A stretch of 27,756 nucleotides of DNA from a virus. The notes below the pieces were generated by a model, which did not search any database, was not told where the DNA came from, and saw only the letters and a program-made list of their open reading frames with translations. The position numbers and the translations under genes were made by a program. The stretch lies in IMG/VR virus record IMGVR_UViG_3300038312_000316; one strand, 5' to 3'. Shown here one piece after another: positions 23,676 through 27,756 of the stretch; within the stretch, counting starts at the first letter, position 1; each line of letters begins with the position of its first letter.

Positions 23676-24253
23676 TAGTTGTCACCTCCGCCGAAGACCC
23701 GGCTGATGATGCCGAGCCCGCGCTTTGCTCGTTTCTGTTCTTCGTCATTGGTGATCTTCGATACGCTCTCATAGGTTGTTCTGTTCTGCAGGATCCGCTC
23801 TCTCTCTGTGCCGAGGGTGCGGCTGACGATGAAGCGGTTGAAGTGCGCCCGGATCAGCTCTATCAGGTGCGGGTATTCGGGGAGGTTGATATCGACCTTG
23901 TTACAGTTGAGTGCCAGGAGGTTGAGGGCGATATCAAGGTCAATCTCTGCGATCTCTGCGTCCCGCTGGTAGGAGAGAAGTGCCGTGTGTGAGAAGAAGT
24001 TGAGGATCGTCGAGATGAAGGCCCGCTTCGCCCCGGGAGAGAGATGGCTGCCATTGATGCGCTCGATTAAGAAGGGGCGATAATCTGAAGAATAGAGGCT
24101 TTCGAGATAGTTGTAGTGCTCGGCTACGTAAGGGACGGCCGGGCGGCCGGTAGGTGCTGCAGGGTGCTGCTGAGGGTCAGTGCCGTAATCGACCCCGCAC
24201 TCTCCGCCCCAATCGTTCTGGTCCGGGAAGTCGGGGGAGTCGTAACCATCCAT
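23675..24253 (-). CDS. Hypothetical protein, 192 aa
   Basis: GGAG RBS; acidic N-terminus and basic amphipathic C-terminus. Confidence 0.8.
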   Translation of the reverse strand: MDGYDSPDFPDQNDWGGECGVDYGTDPQQHPAAPTGRPAVPYVAEHYNYLESLYSSDYRPFLIERINGSHLSPGAKRAFISTILNFFSHTALLSYQRDAEIAEIDLDIALNLLALNCNKVDINLPEYPHLIELIRAHFNRFIVSRTLGTERERILQNRTTYESVSKITNDEEQKRAKRGLGIISRVFGGGDN

Positions 24254-24299
24254 GAAATCTCCTGCGTAGTCATAGTGTTATGGAGGAATGGAAGGGGGA

Positions 24300-24680
24300 T
24301 TAGATCCCGCCTCCAGACCCGCTGTTGCCCCGGATCCTCATGATGGCCCAGATGATCATCGCAAGGATGGAGACCATCACGGCGAGCGTCAGGAGACTGG
24401 CGTTCTGTTCCCAGATGCCGACACCCGTGGGGATTTCCGTGTTCTCGGTGGCATTCCACTGCGAGCCGGCGGGGATCGACGCCGCACCGTCGATGTTGGA
24501 CCCGATCAGGGGTGCGAGAGAGAATACCGCCACGAGCACGATCAGCCCGATCGCCATCGTCACAGCGACGTCAATCATGGTGTCTCCGGACTCGTTCATG
24601 CGCCGGGAAAAGAGATTCTTCTGCGCTTCCTCTGCCCACTGCTTCAGAGCGGTGCAGGTTTTGAGAGGTTTCTCAAGCAA
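24300..24680 (-). CDS. Probable major capsid protein precursor, spindle-virus-type helical hairpin
   Basis: Polar leader, TM1 (VAVTMAIGLIVLVAVFSLAPLI), loop with an N-x-T sequon, TM2 (LLTLAVMVSILAMIIWAIMRIR). Own strong TATA box (TATAAATA at ~24727-24734, minus strand) and GGAGGT RBS. Start uncertain. Confidence 0.65.
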   Translation of the reverse strand: MLEKPLKTCTALKQWAEEAQKNLFSRRMNESGDTMIDVAVTMAIGLIVLVAVFSLAPLIGSNIDGAASIPAGSQWNATENTEIPTGVGIWEQNASLLTLAVMVSILAMIIWAIMRIRGNSGSGGGI

Positions 24681-24771
24681 AGTGTTTTTGATGACCTCCG
24701 ATGGAGAGTATATCGTCCTTTCGATTATTTATAGGTTTCCCGCCTAATGGGGGATGGGGAGGGGGGGCCGG

Positions 24772-25026
24772 TCAAATCAGCCGGCGGAGGATGATGAGAC
24801 CGGCGATCAGCGCGATGATCACGAGCATCACCGGCAGATAGGAGATTAGGGAGATTGATGCACTTGATGCGCCGACCGTGGCGTTGTACTGGTCCGCATA
24901 CGGGGAGTCGGTCATGTTCGTCGCGCTGTCCGCAGCCCCGAGCGCACTGATGCCGTACGTGAGGCCGATAACCAGGGCGAAGACCACAAGGGCCGCCCCG
25001 AGGATGGTGTTGAGTCCGGTTGCCAT
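24772..25026 (-). CDS. Capsid-like helical-hairpin protein (minor capsid), 84 aa
   Basis: Two hydrophobic helices with N-x-T sequons in the loop; ends YLPVMLVIIALIAGLIILRR, similar in pattern to fusellovirus VP1/VP3. Confidence 0.75.
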   Translation of the reverse strand: MATGLNTILGAALVVFALVIGLTYGISALGAADSATNMTDSPYADQYNATVGASSASISLISYLPVMLVIIALIAGLIILRRLI

Positions 25027-25391
25027 TATTGCAGCTCCTTCATGATTTCGAGGCCGAGTGAGATGATGAGCGCCAGGGATACGATCGTCATGACTGCCGC
25101 GATCCCGGAGAGGAGGAGACCGAGCGCGGGGTCTACGGTGGTTGCAGTCAGGGTGCCGTACTCGATCGTGGTGATGTTCGTGGTGATGTTCGCTGCTGTA
25201 GTCAGCGCGACCGTGGTGATGTCGCCTACATTACCGCCGAGGGTGACGAGGGCGAGATACCAGGAGAGGATCGCGGACCCGACCGCCGAGAGGATGTCCA
25301 TGAAGAGGCGGTTGCCTGTCGCAAGGAAGGCGATTGCGATCAGAGCGGCGTCGAGCAGGAGCAGGGCGATGAAGAGTGATGTAGCGATCAC
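25026..25391 (-). CDS. 3-TM membrane protein with Thr-rich loop, 121 aa
   Basis: Coupled at both ends (GTGA, TAATG). Confidence 0.8.
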   Translation of the reverse strand: MIATSLFIALLLLDAALIAIAFLATGNRLFMDILSAVGSAILSWYLALVTLGGNVGDITTVALTTAANITTNITTIEYGTLTATTVDPALGLLLSGIAAVMTIVSLALIISLGLEIMKELQ

Positions 25392-25558
25392 CGTTCCACC
25401 CCCGTGAGCGTGAGCGTGATTTCTATACCCATCCCCCGCGTCTGAAGGATCTGGTTGAGTTCGGGGATTGCCCGGGTGACTTTGGTATTCTTGACCTCGT
25501 AGATCCGTCCCTCCTCGTCATAGAGAGTGAGGCGCCCGAAATAGAGTTTTGGCATCAT
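25388..25558 (-). CDS. Hypothetical protein, 56 aa
   Basis: Hand translation MMPKLYFGRLTLYDEEGRIYEVKN...; exactly fills the gap between 25560 and 25391. Confidence 0.7.
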   Translation of the reverse strand: MMPKLYFGRLTLYDEEGRIYEVKNTKVTRAIPELNQILQTRGMGIEITLTLTGVER

Positions 25559-25559
25559 G

Positions 25560-26396
25560 TTACGTCCTATCCTTGATTACTCCCCACACGACCGCCAGGA
25601 TGCTGAGCGCGATGAACGCTATCGCGGCAAGGTGGTATTCTGCGGGGGTTTTCGCCAGCATGATCCCGCCCAGGATGATACCGATCGCTGCCGGCACCGC
25701 CATGCTTCCCTGCCTCAACCACTGCATCAGGAAGGGGATAGCGAAGACGATGACGTAGAAGAGCGGCCCGATCAGGTCGGTGTAGGGCCGCTCGGCGGCG
25801 TCTTTCATGCCGAGCCAGTCTACTCCCTCGGTGGTCTCGTTGAGTTGGTTGCTGCCGCCGAAGGCCCCGGTGAGGGCTAGGTAGGGGGCCTCATCGAGAG
25901 TGGGGATCGGGGCGGTGGTTTTGGGCCGGGAGCCGCCGAGTAAGGTGATGGTGCCGGCCTGTGTTGTCGCCACGATCGGGGTGCCGGTGTCGTCGTCGAG
26001 CGCGTTGGCGGTGATGGTGAGACTCACCGTGCCGGCGTCGAGAGCCCGGACGGCGACGGTGCCGAGGAGGATCCCGGCTGCTCCTGACTGGATCTGGTCG
26101 TTGATGTCCGCGCCGGTGATCTGGACGGAACTTGCCGGGGTTGCGCCCACGGTACCGATCGTGGCCCACCCAGGTTTATTGGCGGCCGCGATGGTTGCGA
26201 GGGCTGGGTCGGATACCGATACAGTGATGTCGTAGCCGGAGAGGCCGGCCGGGGCGCTGTCGAGGACGATGTTGACCTCTTTGGGCGCCTGCCCCACGTA
26301 TGCCGTGGTGCTGTGGGCGGAGATGGTCGCCGCCAGTGCCGGGGTTACGAGCAGGGCGACGACGAGCAGCGCCACGAGTAAGAGTTTTCGGGTCAT
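25560..26396 (-). CDS. Membrane-anchored cohesin-domain protein, 278 aa
   Basis: Signal peptide, then LDSAPAGLSGYDITVSVSDPALATI...GTVAVRALDAGTVSLTIT...LDDDTG (archaeal cohesin pattern), then ~3 C-terminal TMs. ATGA-coupled to the dockerin gene. Confidence 0.8.
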   Translation of the reverse strand: MTRKLLLVALLVVALLVTPALAATISAHSTTAYVGQAPKEVNIVLDSAPAGLSGYDITVSVSDPALATIAAANKPGWATIGTVGATPASSVQITGADINDQIQSGAAGILLGTVAVRALDAGTVSLTITANALDDDTGTPIVATTQAGTITLLGGSRPKTTAPIPTLDEAPYLALTGAFGGSNQLNETTEGVDWLGMKDAAERPYTDLIGPLFYVIVFAIPFLMQWLRQGSMAVPAAIGIILGGIMLAKTPAEYHLAAIAFIALSILAVVWGVIKDRT

Positions 26397-27756
26397 GTGT
26401 GTTCCTCCATGATTGTCGAGAATAGGGTGATCACATCATTGTAGTCGAGCCAGCCGTTGCCGTTGAAGTCGAAGCACGCGATAGGCTGCGCGGTTTTCGC
26501 CCAGGCGAGATGTTGGAAGAAGACGGTGAGGTCGTTGTAGTCGAGGCGGTTGTTGCCGTTGATGTCGGTGTAGAGGCCGTTGCCGGCGAGGTCGCGGGGG
26601 ATGTTGGTGAGGCCGGGGAATGGTTGCAGGACGGCGACGATGATGTAGCTGGTTTTTGTCTCGGTGTCGCTGTCGTAGGGGTGCGAGGCGGTGAGGGTGA
26701 CGGTGTGGGCGCCGGCTGTGGTGTAGGTGTGCTGCGGGTTCTGCTCGGTGGAGGTGCCGCCGTCGCCGAAGGTCCAGAGCCATGAGGTGGGGCCGCCGGT
26801 GGAGAGGTCGGTGAACTGGACGGTGAGCGGGGTGAGGCCGGCGGTGGGGGTGGCGGTGAATTGGGCGGTGACGGGGCCGTAGACAGTGATGTAGTTGGTT
26901 TTGGTCTCGGTGTCGCTGCCGTATTCGTTGGTGGCGGTGAGGGTGACGGAGTAGAGGCCGGGGGTGGCGTAGGTGTGCTGCGGGTTCTGCTCGGTGGAGG
27001 TGCCGCCGTCGCCGAAGGACCAGAGCCATGATGTGGGGCCTCTGGTGGAGGTGTCGGTGAACTGCACGGTGAGCGGGGCGAGGCCGGCGGTGGGGGTGGC
27101 GGTGAAGGCGGTTGCGGGTGGGGCGGCGGGCGGGGTGGCGCTGTAGGCGCGGACAGTGATCCAGTCAACATACCCCACCCCGGTATCCCATTTCAGGAAC
27201 GAGGGGTAGAAATTACGATATGCGGGGGAGCCAGATCTGCTACAGATCAATGTACCGTCTGGATAGTAGGCATATTGATTGGCCACCCCCGTTGACGGGC
27301 ATACGTACCTGAAACGGTAGTAACTGTCTGGATACTTTGTCACTGGTGCATAGGAGGTTGAGCCGCCGAGCTTCAGTTCGACCATTCTGGTGTTGAAGTC
27401 GAGGATGATGAAATCCTTGTCCCGATATACTCCTTTCGTGTCCTCAAAATTTAGGTACATCTGATTCGAGGTTCCCGGGTTCCGAAGGGAACACTCGACG
27501 ACCACGTTGGTGAAGGGGTTATATGTGTTGATCTGCCCGGATGCGGATGAAGGGGCCGACGTAACGAGCTTGCCGTCTGAGACGGAGTGAGACGCTTGGG
27601 ATGTTGAGGCCCACTTCGTCCCCCACGCCAGCGGAGATGAAAAATCATCGAAAAATACATACGTCGCGCCCCCGTCGCTCGTGGTCGCCGCGCTCGGGTT
27701 GCCGTACCAGACTTGTAGCACCCCGGCAGCGTCCGCCCCCTCCAACCGCACGCAGA
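26393..27756 (-). CDS. Secreted modular adhesin, version B: DUF2341 end, different variable domain, 2x PKD, complete dockerin (5' end runs off the window)
   Basis: The frame is open to the window edge. Dockerin: DLAGNGLYTDINGNNRLDYNDL...FDFNGNGWLDYNDVITLF. Confidence 0.9.
   Translation of the reverse strand, partial: CVRLEGADAAGVLQVWYGNPSAATTSDGGATYVFFDDFSSPLAWGTKWASTSQASHSVSDGKLVTSAPSSASGQINTYNPFTNVVVECSLRNPGTSNQMYLNFEDTKGVYRDKDFIILDFNTRMVELKLGGSTSYAPVTKYPDSYYRFRYVCPSTGVANQYAYYPDGTLICSRSGSPAYRNFYPSFLKWDTGVGYVDWITVRAYSATPPAAPPATAFTATPTAGLAPLTVQFTDTSTRGPTSWLWSFGDGGTSTEQNPQHTYATPGLYSVTLTATNEYGSDTETKTNYITVYGPVTAQFTATPTAGLTPLTVQFTDLSTGGPTSWLWTFGDGGTSTEQNPQHTYTTAGAHTVTLTASHPYDSDTETKTSYIIVAVLQPFPGLTNIPRDLAGNGLYTDINGNNRLDYNDLTVFFQHLAWAKTAQPIACFDFNGNGWLDYNDVITLFSTIMEEHT
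27659..27756. repeat. 98-bp exact direct repeat of 1254-1351; 26556-27154 is also homologous to 1-632
   Basis: Base-by-base comparison; offsets are 26405 and 26555. Confidence 0.95.

Noticed and set aside
27659-27756. Biological terminal repeat of exactly 98 bp
   Set aside because: The identity simply runs to the window edge and its length could reflect an assembler k-mer overlap. The true extent of identity is unknown.

Overview
The window looks like an essentially complete ~26.4-26.6 kb genome of an archaeal virus, probably spindle-shaped or pleomorphic, non-tailed and non-lytic. The host is probably a Methanomicrobiales methanogen, inferred from the PKD/dockerin/cohesin style and archaeal TATA/RBS signals. 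The two ends carry the same adhesin gene (DUF2341-variable domain-PKD-PKD-dockerin) in two versions with unrelated central domains. The minus-strand morphogenesis module therefore runs continuously across the junction: large membrane-anchored adhesin, dockerin adhesin, membrane-anchored cohesin, several helical-hairpin capsid-like proteins, P-loop ATPase, and a 764-aa protein with an ADP-ribosyltransferase-like motif set. The middle holds a candidate origin (inverted TCCA microsatellites), small regulators, a train of Zn-finger/accessory genes, a PAPS-reductase-family gene, a small serine recombinase and an operon of very basic proteins. The most striking locus is 13700-14585. A RAMP/Cas7-like gene lies directly downstream of a non-coding tract of 13 perfect GGY-NN pentamers bracketed by two hairpins, the architecture I recall for VIPR RNA-guided systems. 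Upstream are a 9-mer tandem repeat and two copies of an anticodon-less tRNA-like element. Second is a virus-encoded cohesin-dockerin pair with a swappable receptor-binding cassette. All family assignments come from motif recognition by eye; no database search was run.
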